Positions 30,060-43,011 are shown, numbered from the stretch's first letter. The stretch: 64,000 bases of DNA from an uncultured cyanobacterium (GCA_963744145.1 CAVUSO010000001.1:2176001-2240000); one strand, 5' to 3'. The notes: generated by a model not told the origin, from the letters alone. Numbers and translations are program-made.

Positions 30060-30863
30060 TTAAGTTTCGGAAGTCGATGAGCGGTTCAATAAAGGGATCA
30101 GGTAGGCAATTAAAGCACCCATAATAAAACCGGTACAATTCCGAAATAGGGGTAACCATTCAGTAGTCCGGGTAACGACTGGACCAATACCAAAAGCGAC
30201 AAACAAGATACCCCAAAGAGGAGAGAAAATTAAAGCCCATTGCCAAGCAAAGATTTTGTCTGGTTGTCTCGGTTGAGCAGCAAAACCAAAAATAATCCCA
30301 CCGATGATCGAGGTGACCAGAGTTAAAATCCACTGTTCTGGTGGTAAACCAGGAACAATGCTACAGCCACCTTGACGCAAACAAGTTTTAATTGCTGCTA
30401 AGGATTGGAGGATAGCTTGGTCTTCACCATTTTCTCGGACAAAATAAAGATTGCCGTAGCGTGTTTGTAATTCTACCCAGAAAGTGCGGGTAAGTAGATT
30501 ATATACGTCATCACCGACATTAAAGTTGAGTAAGTTGCCACCACGGCGATCGGCAACCAGCAAGATGCTTTTTTTATTTAGTCCCCAAAAATCCCTTAAC
30601 GCGATTCCCGGTGTCCGGTCAAATTGAGTTAACACTCTAATCTTCCAACCAGTTTCCGCTTCAAAGTTTTGTAAATCTTGGTTTAAGGTTTCTTCTTGCT
30701 GACTGGTCAGAGATTTAGATAAATCGATGATCGGTGTCTGAGTTTGGGGAAGTAAATCCGGATTATTGTATGCTTGGGCACTTGGCCCGATCGCCCAAAC
30801 TGATGCAGCCAGAATTAATGCGGCTACGGAGATGAGAAATTTTTGAAAAAAACGATGCTGCAT
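30060..30863 (-). CDS. TPM domain-containing thylakoid protein
   Basis: Signal peptide, IIDL..L, FEAETGWKIRVLTQ, FWVELQTRYGN, C-terminal transmembrane helices. Confidence 0.8.
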   Translation of the reverse strand: MQHRFFQKFLISVAALILAASVWAIGPSAQAYNNPDLLPQTQTPIIDLSKSLTSQQEETLNQDLQNFEAETGWKIRVLTQFDRTPGIALRDFWGLNKKSILLVADRRGGNLLNFNVGDDVYNLLTRTFWVELQTRYGNLYFVRENGEDQAILQSLAAIKTCLRQGGCSIVPGLPPEQWILTLVTSIIGGIIFGFAAQPRQPDKIFAWQWALIFSPLWGILFVAFGIGPVVTRTTEWLPLFRNCTGFIMGALIAYLIPLLNRSSTSET

Positions 30864-31539
30864 TGGAATTTCAGTAAGATTAGGTCAAAATGGCCATCCG
30901 GCCAGGATGTATATGGGGCAATGCCCTGGTCTGCAATCCTCAAGTGCAAGAAAAAAAATTATATTTCTTTACACTTCTTTACTTTAAGCTAATATTATAT
31001 AAATTAACAAAGCGTTCAATATCTCATTTAAGTTAATATATGCTCATTTGCTGGAGTAAGGAGGGACATCAACCTAAGTTTGGGCATTGAGATAATTAGA
31101 CACTTAAGTCAGATTACGATTAAATCAGGATGAATCATAAGTATTAATTTATTAAAATCATCAAAGAGCTTCTAAATAAATAGCTCTAAATTAGATCAGA
31201 CACTCTTGAATAAAGAGTGCTGAGATGATCACTTAATAGCATTAATTTGACATTCAGTAAAAATATTAATTACGCCCCGAATGTTTAAATCGATTTAAGA
31301 GTCAGAAACCTGATTATATCAGCTTTTACATATAGGAATATTGGTGATTAAATAGGGCCAGGCAAAGTAAAAAAAATAAGGGTAAGAAATATATCACAGT
31401 TTAAATGCGTAAGAACTCGCGTCTTCCGAAAATTTCAAAATACGACTAAAATTAAACTAATAACAAATTTTGTACTGGCTATGCCAGAAAGAAACACTAA
31501 GTTCTGCCGGAACAATAAAAGCGAAAATCAACATTAACC

Positions 31540-34500
31540 ATGCAGATAAAAAACTCCCCCATATATTTGCCAGCTCTAGAAAACGTCATTGATCGTTGTC
31601 CATTAATGGTCAATCCGCAAACACCCTTAGTCGAAGTAATTATATTGATGAGCCAGATGCGAAGCACTTGTCTTGTCACCAGTTTCCATCCATCTTCAGA
31701 AGTAAGTATGATGGGTGAAGCAAGAGCTAGTTGTGTTTTGGTAGTAGAGGGATTAAAAATATTAGGAATTTTTACGGAGAAAGATTTAGTCCGGCTCATC
31801 GCCTCGGGTAAGGTAGGAAACCAGCAATCAAATCGGATGGCCGAAATTTGCATATCAGAAGTAATGACAACACAAGTGGTTGTACTTACCCAATCCCCAG
31901 ACCAAGATATTTTTACAGCTTTGTTATTACTGCGTCAACATCGGATTCGTCACCTCCCCATAGTTGATCAGAAAGGGTTATTAATCGGGGTAGTAACACC
32001 TGAAAGTATTCGTCATGCGCTGTTACAACCAGCAAATTTACTCCAAGGGCGCAGTGTAGAAGAAGTGATGAATAGTCGTGTGATTACTGCACCAACAAAT
32101 GCTTCCGTCTTAAGTATTGCGAAGATGATTGCCGAGCATGGTGTTAGTTGTGTCGTCATTATTCAACCTCAAGCAGCAGAAGATGAGCGATCGGTAAATA
32201 CGGAGAATAGGATTGGCAAATTATCAATTCCTGTCGGTATGATCACGGAACGAGATATCGTCCAGTTCCAAGCACTAGAAGTAGATTTATCCCAATTACA
32301 AGCAGAAATGGTGATGAGTAGTCCCTTATTTTGCTTGTGTCCTACGGATACTTTATGGGATGCTCATCAGCAAATGCAAGAGCGATATGTGAGACGTTTA
32401 GTAGTATGTTCTCCGACAGGAGAACTGATCGGAATAGTTACCCAGACCAGTTTATTGCGTGTTCTCGATCCGATGGAAATGTCAGGGGTAATTGAGGTAT
32501 TGCAACAAGCGGTGGAAAAACGTACAAGCGAATTAAAAGAGGCGATCGCCTCTTTAAGTTTAGCTAATACTCAACTAGAAAATGAGATATCCTCACGAGA
32601 AAGAGCCGAGGAGCGTTTACGTTTACTAGAGTCTGTGGTAGTGAACGCTAATGATGCGATCGTAATTATGGATGGGGGTAAGGATGATATCTCCAATCCG
32701 AATATTCTTTACGTCAATGAAGCTTTTACTCAAATGACTGGTTATACCAGTGCGGAAATAGTTGGTAAAACACCAAGTATTTTACGTGGACCAGCAACCG
32801 ATCCGGTACAAATTAGTAAAATTCGGCAAGCTTTGTCAGCGCGATCACCTTTACGAGTGGAAATAATTAACTATCGTTGTGATGGTAGTGAATATTGGGT
32901 AGAACTTAATAGTGTACCTGTGACTAACGAACAAGGAGAATTCACTCATTGGGTATCGGTGCAACGGGATATTACCCAACGCAAATTGATGGAACAAGCA
33001 CTCTTTGAGGAAAAAGAACTAGCTCAGGTTACTTTACAATCGATTGGAGATGCAGTGATTACCACTGATGCGATCGGTAATATTTCTTATCTTAACCCAG
33101 TGGCAGAAAAGCTCACAGGTTGGGCACCAGAAATGGCGATCGGATTACCCCTGATCAGGGTATTTAGAATTGTCAACGAAATTACTCGTGAGCCAATCGA
33201 AAACACAGTTGAACTCACTTGGGGTGAAGGCAAAATAGTAGATCTGGTGAATAATAGTGTCTTGATTGCGCGGAACGGTCACGAATTTGCCATCGATCAT
33301 TCGGCAGCACCAATTCATGCTAGTGATGGTCGGATTGTTGGTTCTGTGCTAGTCTTTCGAGATAGTACCCACACTCGGGCTTTAGCACGTCAATTATCTT
33401 GGCAAGCTAGTCATGATGCGCTAACTGGTTTAGTGAATCGACGTGAGTTTGAAAGTTGTTTAAATGAAGCAGTCCAAAATGCCAAAGACCAGAATCAACA
33501 ACATATTTTGTGCTATTTAGATTTGGATCGATTTAAAATCGTTAATGATACTTGTGGTCATGTAGCTGGAGATGAATTGCTACGTCAAGTCACAGTTTTA
33601 TTTAAAAATAGAGTCCGCAAAACTGATCTTTTAGCACGTCTGGGTGGGGATGAATTTGGCTTATTACTATACCAATGTCAACTGGAACAAGGTGTGCAAG
33701 TCGCGAATACTTTATTACAAAGTATTCAAAGTTTTCGATTTGTGTGGCAAGATAAAACTTTTACAATTGGTGTGAGTATTGGGGTGGTTGTTATTGATGA
33801 AAATATTGATAATCCAGACAGTGTTTTAATTGCCGCTGATGCAGCTTGTTATGTCGCTAAAGATAAAGGTCGTAATCGGGTCTATATCACTCCTGTTAAT
33901 GACTATGAATTTGCCAAACAGCAAGGTGAAATGCAGTGGGTGGTCCGGATTAATCAAGCTTTAGAAGAGGATCGCTTTTGTCTTTATTATCAGCCAATTA
34001 TCCCAATTACTGCTCCAGAAATAAATCGCATCCATTATGAAGTTCTGTTGCGTTTAAAAGGTGAAAATAATCAAATTATTTCCCCAATGGCATTTATTCC
34101 AGCCGCAGAAAGATACCATTTAATGCACACAATTGATCGGTGGGTAATTCGCAAATTATTTACGATGAAACATGAAGAATTAAGCTACAAAAAGCAGGAA
34201 AATAGTTCGCAATTTCCCAATCTTAAACTTCCCAGCTATGCGATCAATTTGTCTGGTGCTAGTATTAATGATGACCAATTTATTGACTTTCTCTATGAAC
34301 AGTTTTCTTTATACAAAATTCCTCCCGAAATGATTTGTTTTGAAATTACCGAAACCGTCGCGATCGCTAATTTGACGAAAGCATCTGAATTAATTCGCTC
34401 TCTGAAGGAATTTGGTTGTCATTTTGCTTTAGATGATTTTGGGAGCGGGATGTCATCCTTTGCTTATTTAAAAAATTTGCCGGTAGATTATTTAAAAATT

Positions 34501-34761
34501 GATGGTAGTTTTGTCAAAAATATCGTCAACAATCCAATTGATTTAGCCATGATTGACGCCATTAATAAAATTGGTCATGTGATGGGGATTCAAACCATTG
34601 CGGAATTTGTTGAAAATGAAACCATCTTTGAGAAAATCAAAGAAGTTGGGGTGGATTACGGTCAAGGTTATGGTTTAGCTGAACCCTGTCCTTTAAATGC
34701 TAATGAATTTCCTTTCCAAGGGGATTTTTGTCAAATTTACTCATTGAAAATAGCATCCTAG
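31540..34761 (+). CDS. CBS-PAS-PAS-GGDEF-EAL diguanylate cyclase/phosphodiesterase
   Basis: CBS (IRHLPIVD), PAS/PAC, RKTD I-site with GGDEF, EVLLR, DDFGSG, KIDGSF. Confidence 0.93.
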   Translation: MQIKNSPIYLPALENVIDRCPLMVNPQTPLVEVIILMSQMRSTCLVTSFHPSSEVSMMGEARASCVLVVEGLKILGIFTEKDLVRLIASGKVGNQQSNRMAEICISEVMTTQVVVLTQSPDQDIFTALLLLRQHRIRHLPIVDQKGLLIGVVTPESIRHALLQPANLLQGRSVEEVMNSRVITAPTNASVLSIAKMIAEHGVSCVVIIQPQAAEDERSVNTENRIGKLSIPVGMITERDIVQFQALEVDLSQLQAEMVMSSPLFCLCPTDTLWDAHQQMQERYVRRLVVCSPTGELIGIVTQTSLLRVLDPMEMSGVIEVLQQAVEKRTSELKEAIASLSLANTQLENEISSRERAEERLRLLESVVVNANDAIVIMDGGKDDISNPNILYVNEAFTQMTGYTSAEIVGKTPSILRGPATDPVQISKIRQALSARSPLRVEIINYRCDGSEYWVELNSVPVTNEQGEFTHWVSVQRDITQRKLMEQALFEEKELAQVTLQSIGDAVITTDAIGNISYLNPVAEKLTGWAPEMAIGLPLIRVFRIVNEITREPIENTVELTWGEGKIVDLVNNSVLIARNGHEFAIDHSAAPIHASDGRIVGSVLVFRDSTHTRALARQLSWQASHDALTGLVNRREFESCLNEAVQNAKDQNQQHILCYLDLDRFKIVNDTCGHVAGDELLRQVTVLFKNRVRKTDLLARLGGDEFGLLLYQCQLEQGVQVANTLLQSIQSFRFVWQDKTFTIGVSIGVVVIDENIDNPDSVLIAADAACYVAKDKGRNRVYITPVNDYEFAKQQGEMQWVVRINQALEEDRFCLYYQPIIPITAPEINRIHYEVLLRLKGENNQIISPMAFIPAAERYHLMHTIDRWVIRKLFTMKHEELSYKKQENSSQFPNLKLPSYAINLSGASINDDQFIDFLYEQFSLYKIPPEMICFEITETVAIANLTKASELIRSLKEFGCHFALDDFGSGMSSFAYLKNLPVDYLKIDGSFVKNIVNNPIDLAMIDAINKIGHVMGIQTIAEFVENETIFEKIKEVGVDYGQGYGLAEPCPLNANEFPFQGDFCQIYSLKIAS

Positions 34762-37700
34762 TTGATTTGACAACGCAGTAAAGCTTCAGCTAAACCTTCA
34801 ATTCTGATCGGTTTACTAATATAATCATTCATCCCTGCGGCTAAACAAGTTTCGCGATCGCCTTGCATTGCATTAGCTGTCATGGCAATAATCCAAGGAC
34901 GTTTAGACCAGGTTTGACAAATTACTTGTGTAGCTTGTAACCCATCCATTTCGGGCATTTGTACATCCATAAAAACCAGATCATAATGTTGTCTTTGTAA
35001 TGCTTCAAGCACTTCTAATCCATTAGCTACTACATCGGCTCGATATCCAAGTCTTTCTAGCATTCGCAGGGCTACTTTTTGATTCACCACATTATCTTCA
35101 GCTAATAAAATGCGTAAGGGTATAGTCAATAACTGCTGGGGAGTAAATAAATCAGAGTTAATCATTTTTTTGGCTGCTGGTGCTGTAGATTTAGCTATAA
35201 CTGTAAAATAAAAAACCGCACCAACCGACTTTAAGGATTGCGGTGATTTGGCTATTGATGAACCTAAAAATGCCCTGATAATTTCGGGATTTTCATCTAA
35301 TAAATATTCACTTTCTTGAAAATTTGTCGGTGGATTTCCTCCAACTATACCCAGACTCTCCACCCACATCGTACCTTGCATCATTTCGACTAAACGTTTG
35401 CTAATTACTAATCCTAAACCCGTACCTCCATATTGACGAGTGGTAGAGGAATCTACTTGACTAAAAGATTTAAATAAACAATCCATCCGATCGCTAGGGA
35501 TACCAATCCCCGTATCTTTAACAATAAATAAAATTTCATAATTGGATTCAGACGAAAATGTTTCTGGGTTCAGTAGTTTTGCTGTTACGCACAGTTTTAC
35601 CTCACCGCTAGCTGTAAATTTCACAGCATTACTAAGTAGATTTACTAAAATTTGCCGCAATCTAGTCACATCACCGACAAAATTAATTGGCATTTTTTCA
35701 GCAATTACATAAGCTAAATCTAATTTTTTTTCTGCTGCTTTTAGTGCAAGTAGATCAATAGCTTCTTCTACACAACTGCGTAAATTAAAGGGCTGCTCTT
35801 CTAAACTTAATTTACCCGCTTCAATCTTAGAAAAATCCAAAATATCATTAATAATTGTCAATAAATTATCTCCACTGTTACGAATAGTTTCCACAAAATC
35901 TTTTTGCTGAGAAGTTAAGGCTGTATCTAGCAATAAACCGGTCATTCCAATTACTCCATTCATCGGAGTCCGAATTTCATGGCTCATAATTGCCAAAAAC
36001 TCACTTTTAGCAAGATTAGCAGATTCAGCCGCAGTTCTAGCTTTTTCTAAAGCTAAATTTTGTTTAGCTAATTGTTCTTTATGAGTTCTTTCTTGCTCTA
36101 AAAGATGCGCTTGGGCTAGAGCAATTCCTACTTGAGTCGCAACTGCTTCTAGTAATTCAATTTCATCGCTTGTCCATTGACGAAACTTGTTACATTGGTG
36201 TAATTCAATGATCCCATTAGGTTCTTGTTGATAGGAAGTTCGGATTGCTAGTAGAGATTTGATGCTGATTTCGTAGCAACTTTGGATGATTGGTTGCAAA
36301 AGTGGCTCAAGGTAAACATTGGGAGATGCGATCGCTTTGTCCGTCGCTAATATTGCTTCAGCATAGATATTACCTTGAATCGGCATTTTTTGAATAAATT
36401 CTTCGTAACCTGGTTGAGCATATTGAGCTACAAATGGTAGTTGGGGAATTGGTGTAGTCAGATAGCTATAAATTAAACAGCGATTAATCTCAAATGCACT
36501 CCCTAGTAATCTGCTCGTAGTTTGAAAAATTTGTTGAGTATCTAATTGCGCTCGAATTTCTTCAGTAATTTGTCTCAGCAATTGCGCTTTTAATATTTGT
36601 TGGTGGAGAGAATTTTGAGATATATGACGCTCAATCACACCTCCTAACCATTCAGTCATTAAATTTAAAAGCTGTTTATCACTAGGTTTAAACCGTCGAT
36701 TTTGTCTAGTATAATCCCAAAAACTTAGAGTCCCATAAACTTGACCCAAAACAATAACTCTTGTGCCAATATAAGATTGGATCATGAAACCTAGGTGTTT
36801 ATCTGGGAGATTATTTAATGAATGTGAACAAAATTTAGTCTCACCTGTTAACTCAAAACATAGGGGATCTTTGGCTTTAATTGTTTCACGACAATAGGTT
36901 TGGATTAATCCAAAAACTTCTCCTTTTTTGAAGTAATTACCAGGAGTTCTAGCAGCGCTAATTTCATAGCGATCGCCTTTAATTTCCGCTAAGATACCGA
37001 TGTTAAGTTTAAACCGTTTACACCCCATTGCTAAAAGTCCAGCTAGGTGATTTTCTAAAGTTATTCTTTTGGCTGAAGCCACTTTATATAAAGCACGAAT
37101 TGACTGCTCACTTTCCCGTAATTCTTGTTCTGCTAGTTTGGTAAGTGTGATATTTCGTACTTGTGCTATGACTTGATCCTTGGGAAAATATATTAATCTC
37201 GCTTCATAATTTTGTAGTCCAGTAGATGTGTCTAAAGAGTATTCAAAAATTGTCAGTGATTGAGTTTGCAAAACTTGAAAAATTGCGGTTTGAATTTTAT
37301 TTCCGATCGCATCAGGAAAAACTTCTTTAATTGTTTTACTAATTAATTCTTCCCCAGAAATGTTAAATTCACTCTGGTTCATTCCTGATTTATAATCAAG
37401 AATTTTACCGTTAGCACTAATCCGAAAATATAAATCTGGAAAAGCTTCAAACATGGTTTGAAATTCCGCGTTGATTTGCTGAAGTCTTTCGTTGGTATTA
37501 GCTAATTCTTGAGTGCGATCTCTAACTCGTTGTTCTAGGTTTTCATTAGTACGTTTGATTTCTTGAAATTTTTCATTCAGAACAATTGCCATTGATTGAA
37601 AATTTTGGGTTAGGGAATTTAGCTCGGTCACCGAACTATTGGGCAAATCAATATTTTCTTGAGCAAGTAATTTATCTGGTAAATTAGTTGTTGCTAATGC

Positions 37701-39209
37701 TAATTTCGCTAAATGAGCAACTAAACGACGGCTAATTAAGACCGCAATAATTAAGCTAATTAATGCGTTTAACAAGATGATAGCTAGATTTTTAATGTAG
37801 ATATTTTCTAAATAATCCATATAATCTGCTAGCGGTACTTGAATTAATAAAGTCCAAGGAATATTCTCACTAATATTAATCTTATATAGGTAAAAAGATT
37901 GTTTCCACCGAATCATTAAAGGTGAATTTTTGGCAGAAGGAAACCATTGATAAATATTGCTATCAATGGGAATAATTTCTCCATTTTTGCTCAAATCAAA
38001 ATTTGGTAAAGGTAAATTTGGAATGGTACTTGAAATCACCCGATCGCGAGCATCAAGTAAAGTAATTTGCATATTTCCATGAGGGGATTTTAAAATTTTA
38101 TCAATCTCGTTTAATTTTAAACTCCCATAAACAAACCCATCTAAATGATGGCGTTTTAAGATGGGGACTACTAATCCAACTCGATTTTGTTCAGAATTAT
38201 TTTCGCGATCGATATCTGTGATCAATTGATTTTGGAGCAAAGAATTATTAATCTTCAATAATTTCGCTGGCTCTAGCTCTGCTCGATCTGGTACAGATGC
38301 AATAATTTTCTTGGATTCATCAATTAGATAAATTTGTTCTATGTCATTGCTTATTTCTTTGAGCAATTGCAGCTGATCTAACAATTTTAAATTCTGATCA
38401 CCGTTTGATTGATTGATGAAATCAGATAGAGTATTCAAGGCTTTTAAATGTTGTTGATGCCAAGATACAATTTGATCTACGATCGCGATCGATGTATTTT
38501 GTAAGATATTTTTAATGTTACTTTCTACTGGATTAAATACTGCTTGGCTAGTGATAATCGTAAAAATTACCGTGGTCATAAATACAAACATTACGAACAG
38601 ATTAAATAACGCTTGTTCAAAGGAAAAAGTATTTTTTACTTGAGCAAACCCTAGCCATTTAGATAAAGGTAAATAACTAATGATTAAACTAGCAATCAAA
38701 GCATTAAAAATCCCATTGACAGATTGTTTGAGGAGAATAATTATTACTTGTGTAAATTGCATATCCATCACCCCTCCATAAAAGATCCATACCAGGGGAA
38801 TTCCGATCAAAATCCAATAAATACTATCGAGTAACACTAAGTTTTGACGTTGGGTCCAAAATATTCCCTTTGACTGCAAATTCTTTCCTAAATTGGGAAT
38901 GCGATCGCGATGTAATAATAAACCGACAAATAATGCTTCGCTAGGAAAAATAATCATTCCGAAGGGATGTCCCCATTGGACAAAAGTATTCCAGCTAGCA
39001 ATCAGAGCAATGAGTGTACCCCAAATAGTTCCATAAGTATATACTCCTACTAAAGCAGCAATACTACCAAATATGAAACTAACTCCAAACATAAGTGGTA
39101 CACTAAAAAAATTGCCGAGATAAGCCGCAGCAATTAGAGTTGCTAGTCCAAAAATAGACTGATAAGGTGATGAGCCAAAAATTTTTGGTAAATGATAATT
39201 CCTATTCAT
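34758..39209 (-). CDS. Membrane hybrid sensor histidine kinase (TM, Cache-like, PAS, 2xGAF, HisKA, HATPase, REC)
   Basis: [40 protein letters not shown] 39209 preferred over GTG 39275. Confidence 0.92.
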   Translation of the reverse strand: MNRNYHLPKIFGSSPYQSIFGLATLIAAAYLGNFFSVPLMFGVSFIFGSIAALVGVYTYGTIWGTLIALIASWNTFVQWGHPFGMIIFPSEALFVGLLLHRDRIPNLGKNLQSKGIFWTQRQNLVLLDSIYWILIGIPLVWIFYGGVMDMQFTQVIIILLKQSVNGIFNALIASLIISYLPLSKWLGFAQVKNTFSFEQALFNLFVMFVFMTTVIFTIITSQAVFNPVESNIKNILQNTSIAIVDQIVSWHQQHLKALNTLSDFINQSNGDQNLKLLDQLQLLKEISNDIEQIYLIDESKKIIASVPDRAELEPAKLLKINNSLLQNQLITDIDRENNSEQNRVGLVVPILKRHHLDGFVYGSLKLNEIDKILKSPHGNMQITLLDARDRVISSTIPNLPLPNFDLSKNGEIIPIDSNIYQWFPSAKNSPLMIRWKQSFYLYKINISENIPWTLLIQVPLADYMDYLENIYIKNLAIILLNALISLIIAVLISRRLVAHLAKLALATTNLPDKLLAQENIDLPNSSVTELNSLTQNFQSMAIVLNEKFQEIKRTNENLEQRVRDRTQELANTNERLQQINAEFQTMFEAFPDLYFRISANGKILDYKSGMNQSEFNISGEELISKTIKEVFPDAIGNKIQTAIFQVLQTQSLTIFEYSLDTSTGLQNYEARLIYFPKDQVIAQVRNITLTKLAEQELRESEQSIRALYKVASAKRITLENHLAGLLAMGCKRFKLNIGILAEIKGDRYEISAARTPGNYFKKGEVFGLIQTYCRETIKAKDPLCFELTGETKFCSHSLNNLPDKHLGFMIQSYIGTRVIVLGQVYGTLSFWDYTRQNRRFKPSDKQLLNLMTEWLGGVIERHISQNSLHQQILKAQLLRQITEEIRAQLDTQQIFQTTSRLLGSAFEINRCLIYSYLTTPIPQLPFVAQYAQPGYEEFIQKMPIQGNIYAEAILATDKAIASPNVYLEPLLQPIIQSCYEISIKSLLAIRTSYQQEPNGIIELHQCNKFRQWTSDEIELLEAVATQVGIALAQAHLLEQERTHKEQLAKQNLALEKARTAAESANLAKSEFLAIMSHEIRTPMNGVIGMTGLLLDTALTSQQKDFVETIRNSGDNLLTIINDILDFSKIEAGKLSLEEQPFNLRSCVEEAIDLLALKAAEKKLDLAYVIAEKMPINFVGDVTRLRQILVNLLSNAVKFTASGEVKLCVTAKLLNPETFSSESNYEILFIVKDTGIGIPSDRMDCLFKSFSQVDSSTTRQYGGTGLGLVISKRLVEMMQGTMWVESLGIVGGNPPTNFQESEYLLDENPEIIRAFLGSSIAKSPQSLKSVGAVFYFTVIAKSTAPAAKKMINSDLFTPQQLLTIPLRILLAEDNVVNQKVALRMLERLGYRADVVANGLEVLEALQRQHYDLVFMDVQMPEMDGLQATQVICQTWSKRPWIIAMTANAMQGDRETCLAAGMNDYISKPIRIEGLAEALLRCQIN

Positions 39210-39308
39210 AGCTATACGACTCAGCCGATTTTTATGTTTATTTGGAGCTAATACCAATTTAATTTGAAGTTGCACAGAGCTAGATCCCCCTAAATCCCCC
39301 TTAAGAAG

Positions 39309-41026
39309 CTATCCATTAGTCACATCTTTCTTAACAATCCTGAAACTATTACCTAGTAACGGTTTCAGGATTCATGGCCGCAGGTGGAGTTGACTAATTG
39401 CACAGAATATGCAATTGAGAGCTGCGGGCGGACTAGGAGTGAGCTATACAGCAGTGGTCGCTCAGAAGAAAAGTCTTGATGAGTATAGTATAGAGAGGAA
39501 AAGAAGAAGTAAGGTGGAAGGAAAAAATGGAAAAGTGGGCAGAGCAAGAATTAGCCACAGTAGACTTGGGAGATGCGAGGAGAAACAAGCGATTAATTCG
39601 GTTGGTGGAAGATTTAGCCGCACAACCAACCAGCAGCGTCCCACAAGCTTGTGGCAATAGTGCAGCTACTAGTGCGGCTTATGACTTGTGGAAGTCGCCC
39701 TATTTTCAGCCATCAGATATCCGACAGGCACATACAGCCAGCACGATCGAAAGAATTAAAGCGCATCAGACAGTATTAGCAATACAAGATACCACAAATA
39801 TCGATTTAACCAATCATCCTAGCACGAGAGGGATTGGTTATTTAGATCACCGAAAATCAGCCGGAATAAAAGTACATTCAACGCTAGCTGTAACCACTTC
39901 AGGAGTACCATTAGGGATAATTGAGCAACAGGTATGGACTAGAGAGCTGGCGAATTTGGGGATAGCCAAAAAACGGCGGGAAAGAGAAATTAAAGAAAAG
40001 GAAAGCCACCGCTGGTTGGCAGGATTAAAAGTTACAGAAAATTTAATCCCAAGTGATATTCAAGTAGTAACCGTGGCGGATTCAGAAGCTGACATATTTG
40101 AGCTATTTAGCCAGCCTCGTGCCGCCAATTCCCATTTACTAATTCGCGGTACTCATAATCGGAAAGTAGACCATTCTGCCCAATATTTACATCAAGCGAT
40201 CCGTCAAACTCCCGCAGCAGGAGAATTAAGTATAGAAGTCAAAAGAAATCCGACACATCAAGCTAGAACTGCCGTTCTGACAGTACGATTCGCCACTTTA
40301 GAGATTCAAGTTCCAGCACACCATATCGGGCGAAAGCAACTCCAACCAGTCAAATTACAAGTAATTCTAGCATTAGAAGAAAACCCAGAACCCGGAGTTA
40401 AACCGATTAGTTGGTTGTTAATTACCAGTCTGGAAGTTAATGACTTAGCAGCGGCAGTCCAATGTGTAGAATGGTATACATACCGTTGGTTAATAGAACG
40501 CTATCATTACACTCTAAAAAGTGGGTGTGGAATTGAGAAATTACAACTAGAAACCGTGCGAAGAATCGAAATGGCCTTAGCGACTTATACGATTGTAAGT
40601 TGGCGTTTATTATGGCTTACATATTCGGCTAGAACGAATCCAATGGCATCGAGTGCTGAGGTTTTAGAAACTCATGAATGGCAATCTTTATGTGCGACTA
40701 TTACTAAAAATCCTATCCCTCCAAAAACTCCACCTTCTTTACAAGAAGCCGTCCGTATGATCGCGATGTTGGGGGGATTTTTAGGTCGAAAAGGTGATGG
40801 TGAACCGGGAGTAAAAACGATTTGGAGAGGATTAAGAAGATTACATGATATTGCAGCTACCTGGAAATTATGTACTTAAATTGGCTGGTGTATAGTTATT
40901 ACTCTCCAACTCGTTACCAGATCATATTCTGGATCATTTTGTCAAGTAGCTTAATTACTATTAATCCTGAAACCGTTACGGGGTAATAGTTTCAGGATTG
41001 TTAAGAAAGATGTGACTAATGGATAG
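39309..41026 (+). mobile_element. IS4-family insertion sequence, 1718 bp, ~64-bp IRs, 9-bp TSD cttaagaag
   Basis: IR ctatccattagtcacatctttcttaacaatcctgaaactattacc.. at both ends; TSD at 39300-39308 and 41027-41035. Confidence 0.95.
39527..40879 (+). CDS. IS4 family (Tn5/IS50-like) DDE transposase
   Basis: LGDARRNKRL, IQDTT, ADSEAD, YTYRWLIERYHYTLK (YREK motif), GGFLGRKGDGEPG. Confidence 0.95.
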   Translation: MEKWAEQELATVDLGDARRNKRLIRLVEDLAAQPTSSVPQACGNSAATSAAYDLWKSPYFQPSDIRQAHTASTIERIKAHQTVLAIQDTTNIDLTNHPSTRGIGYLDHRKSAGIKVHSTLAVTTSGVPLGIIEQQVWTRELANLGIAKKRREREIKEKESHRWLAGLKVTENLIPSDIQVVTVADSEADIFELFSQPRAANSHLLIRGTHNRKVDHSAQYLHQAIRQTPAAGELSIEVKRNPTHQARTAVLTVRFATLEIQVPAHHIGRKQLQPVKLQVILALEENPEPGVKPISWLLITSLEVNDLAAAVQCVEWYTYRWLIERYHYTLKSGCGIEKLQLETVRRIEMALATYTIVSWRLLWLTYSARTNPMASSAEVLETHEWQSLCATITKNPIPPKTPPSLQEAVRMIAMLGGFLGRKGDGEPGVKTIWRGLRRLHDIAATWKLCT

Positions 41027-41091
41027 CTTAAGAAGGGGGACTTTAAATCCCCCTTTTCAAGGGGGTTGGGGGAATGGCTCCCCCTTTTCAA

Positions 41092-42581
41092 CTACGGTGT
41101 ACACACAAGTTGAGATAGAGTAAGGAGAGAAGGGAAGTAAGGAGAAAAAAGTAGTGGAAAATCCAATTTTAATTCATGTGCAACAATGTGAGAGAACAGC
41201 ATTCGGAGATCCAAGACTGGGAAAAAGAGGGGCTTCATTGTATGCAGCAATGGCACAACATCAATCAGTAAATATTCGGAAAATCAGTAAAAATCGAGCC
41301 GAGCAAGTTGGATATTACCGATTTTTAGGGAATGAGAATGTAAAAACTGGAGAATTAGTCGTAAGTTTAGGAGAGCATTGCGCCTTACAGGTAGATGGAA
41401 AACACCACGTCTTAGCGATAAGTGATAGTAGTGAAATTAACTTAGAGTCTCACAAAGGGAGATTGAAATCCGAGGGAATTGGAGTAGTAGGAAACAATCA
41501 AGATATCGGATTTTATATTCATCCCACACTGGTATTAGATGCAGAAAATGGATTCCCACTTGGATTAAGTACAGTGCAATTGTGGACAAGAGAACCTGAC
41601 CATCAGGATCAGCATGAAAGAAAATATAAAAACTTACCGATTGAAGAAAAAGAATCCTATAAATGGCTCAAGTCAGCCGCTCAAACCCGCACCTGTTTCA
41701 GCTGGTCTAATGTGAAAATGGTGACTCATATAGGCGATCGGGAAAGCGATATATTTGAAGAATTTGTCAGAGTACCTAATCAACAGCATCATCTCTTAAT
41801 TAGAGTCGGACAGAACCGTCGGCTCAAAGAGCAGTCTGAGTCTCTGTATACCTATTTAAGTCAGCAACATTGTGAAGGAACTTATGCCATTGAAGTCCAG
41901 GCTGACTCACGGGTTGGACGAACAGCGAGAGAAGCATTCATGTTAGTACGTTGTGCCCTCGTTCAAATTCAGCGTCCTGAGCATTTATCTGCCGCAGATT
42001 ATCCAGAAAGTGTCAATCTTTACGCAGTGGAAGCTGTAGAAGTCAATCCACCAAAAGGTCAACAACCGATTCACTGGCGATTACTCACTACACATAGAGT
42101 AGTTTGTATTGAACAAGCATTACAAGTAATTGAATGGTACAAATGGCGCTGGCGGATTGAACAACTGTTTGCTACCCTCAAATCCGTTGGCTTAGATCTC
42201 GAAGCAACTCAATTAGAGTCAATTAAATCTATTCAAAAATTGTGTGTTTTAGCTTTATCGGTAGCTGTCAGAATTTTGCAGTTAATTGTCGGGCGTGACC
42301 AGCCTGAATTACCTGCAACCTACGCATTCAATGATGAACAACAGCAATGTTTATCCCAGATTGCTCCCACTGTTTCCGGACCAACTTTAGCACAACAAAA
42401 TCCTTATCCACCTCATTCTTTACCTTGGGCAACTTGGATTATTGCTCGACTGGGTGGTTGGTCTGGCTATCGGTCTCAAAAACCGCCAGGAATTACTACT
42501 TTAGTGCGCGGACTAAGCCAATTTCAATCCTTTTTTGATGGCTGGAAACTCGCTCTAGGTATGGTTGTGTGTACACCGTAG
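41092..42581 (+). mobile_element. IS4-family (IS50-like) insertion sequence, 1490 bp, 17-bp IRs, 10-bp TSD cccttttcaa
   Basis: ctacggtgtacacacaa / ttgtgtgtacaccgtag; TSD at 41082-41091 and 42582-42591. Confidence 0.95.
41154..42581 (+). CDS. IS4 family DDE transposase
   Basis: FGDPRLGKRG, ISDSS, GDRESD, YKWRWRIEQLFATLK; stop codon is the last 3 bp of the right IR; start codon uncertain. Confidence 0.93.
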   Translation: MENPILIHVQQCERTAFGDPRLGKRGASLYAAMAQHQSVNIRKISKNRAEQVGYYRFLGNENVKTGELVVSLGEHCALQVDGKHHVLAISDSSEINLESHKGRLKSEGIGVVGNNQDIGFYIHPTLVLDAENGFPLGLSTVQLWTREPDHQDQHERKYKNLPIEEKESYKWLKSAAQTRTCFSWSNVKMVTHIGDRESDIFEEFVRVPNQQHHLLIRVGQNRRLKEQSESLYTYLSQQHCEGTYAIEVQADSRVGRTAREAFMLVRCALVQIQRPEHLSAADYPESVNLYAVEAVEVNPPKGQQPIHWRLLTTHRVVCIEQALQVIEWYKWRWRIEQLFATLKSVGLDLEATQLESIKSIQKLCVLALSVAVRILQLIVGRDQPELPATYAFNDEQQQCLSQIAPTVSGPTLAQQNPYPPHSLPWATWIIARLGGWSGYRSQKPPGITTLVRGLSQFQSFFDGWKLALGMVVCTP

Positions 42582-42714
42582 CCCTTTTCAAGGGGGTTGG
42601 GGAAATGGCTCCCCCTTTTCAAGGGGGTTGGGGGGATCAATTCTATGCAGATTCATCAAAAATTGCTATAAGTTATCCTATTAAATAGAATAGAACATTT
42701 ATGAAGGAGTGAAA

Positions 42715-42972
42715 ATGCCAGATCCCTTAATGTATCAGGAAGATATCTTTGTGGTGTTAGAATCAAATCAACCAGAACAATTTCTCTCGGTTGCCGAGTT
42801 GCTAGAAAAATTACAGCATATTTTAGCAACTCGACAACAAGATTTACCTCGAGACTTGCAAAAATTTCCATCAATAACGGCACAAGCACAACATTTATTA
42901 AATACATCCTGTGAACTAGATATGGCACCAGGACAATTTTTACAATGGTACGCTGTCCGTTTAGAAAAATAA
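42715..42972 (+). CDS. crr7: Chlororespiratory reduction protein 7 (NDH-1 assembly)
   Basis: MPDPLMYQED.FVVLE..QPEQFL ... CELD..PG.FLQWYAVRLEK. Confidence 0.85.
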   Translation: MPDPLMYQEDIFVVLESNQPEQFLSVAELLEKLQHILATRQQDLPRDLQKFPSITAQAQHLLNTSCELDMAPGQFLQWYAVRLEK

Positions 42973-43011
42973 CAACCAGCTCAGTTAATCAACGGTACAT
43001 TTATCACCTCT

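Larger units (their letters stand above)
39282..42639. repeat. cccccttnnnaaggggg palindrome array interrupted by two IS elements
   Basis: Pieces at 39282-39308, 41027-41091 and 42582-42639 join into gatccccctaaatcccccttaagaaggggg...cccccttttcaagggggttggggggatc. Confidence 0.8.

Noticed and set aside
31497..31853. 118-aa minus-strand ORF
   Set aside because: Antisense to the CBS region of the GGDEF/EAL gene.
39365..39660. Four short overlapping ORFs
   Set aside because: Lie in the IS left end or overlap the transposase; spurious.
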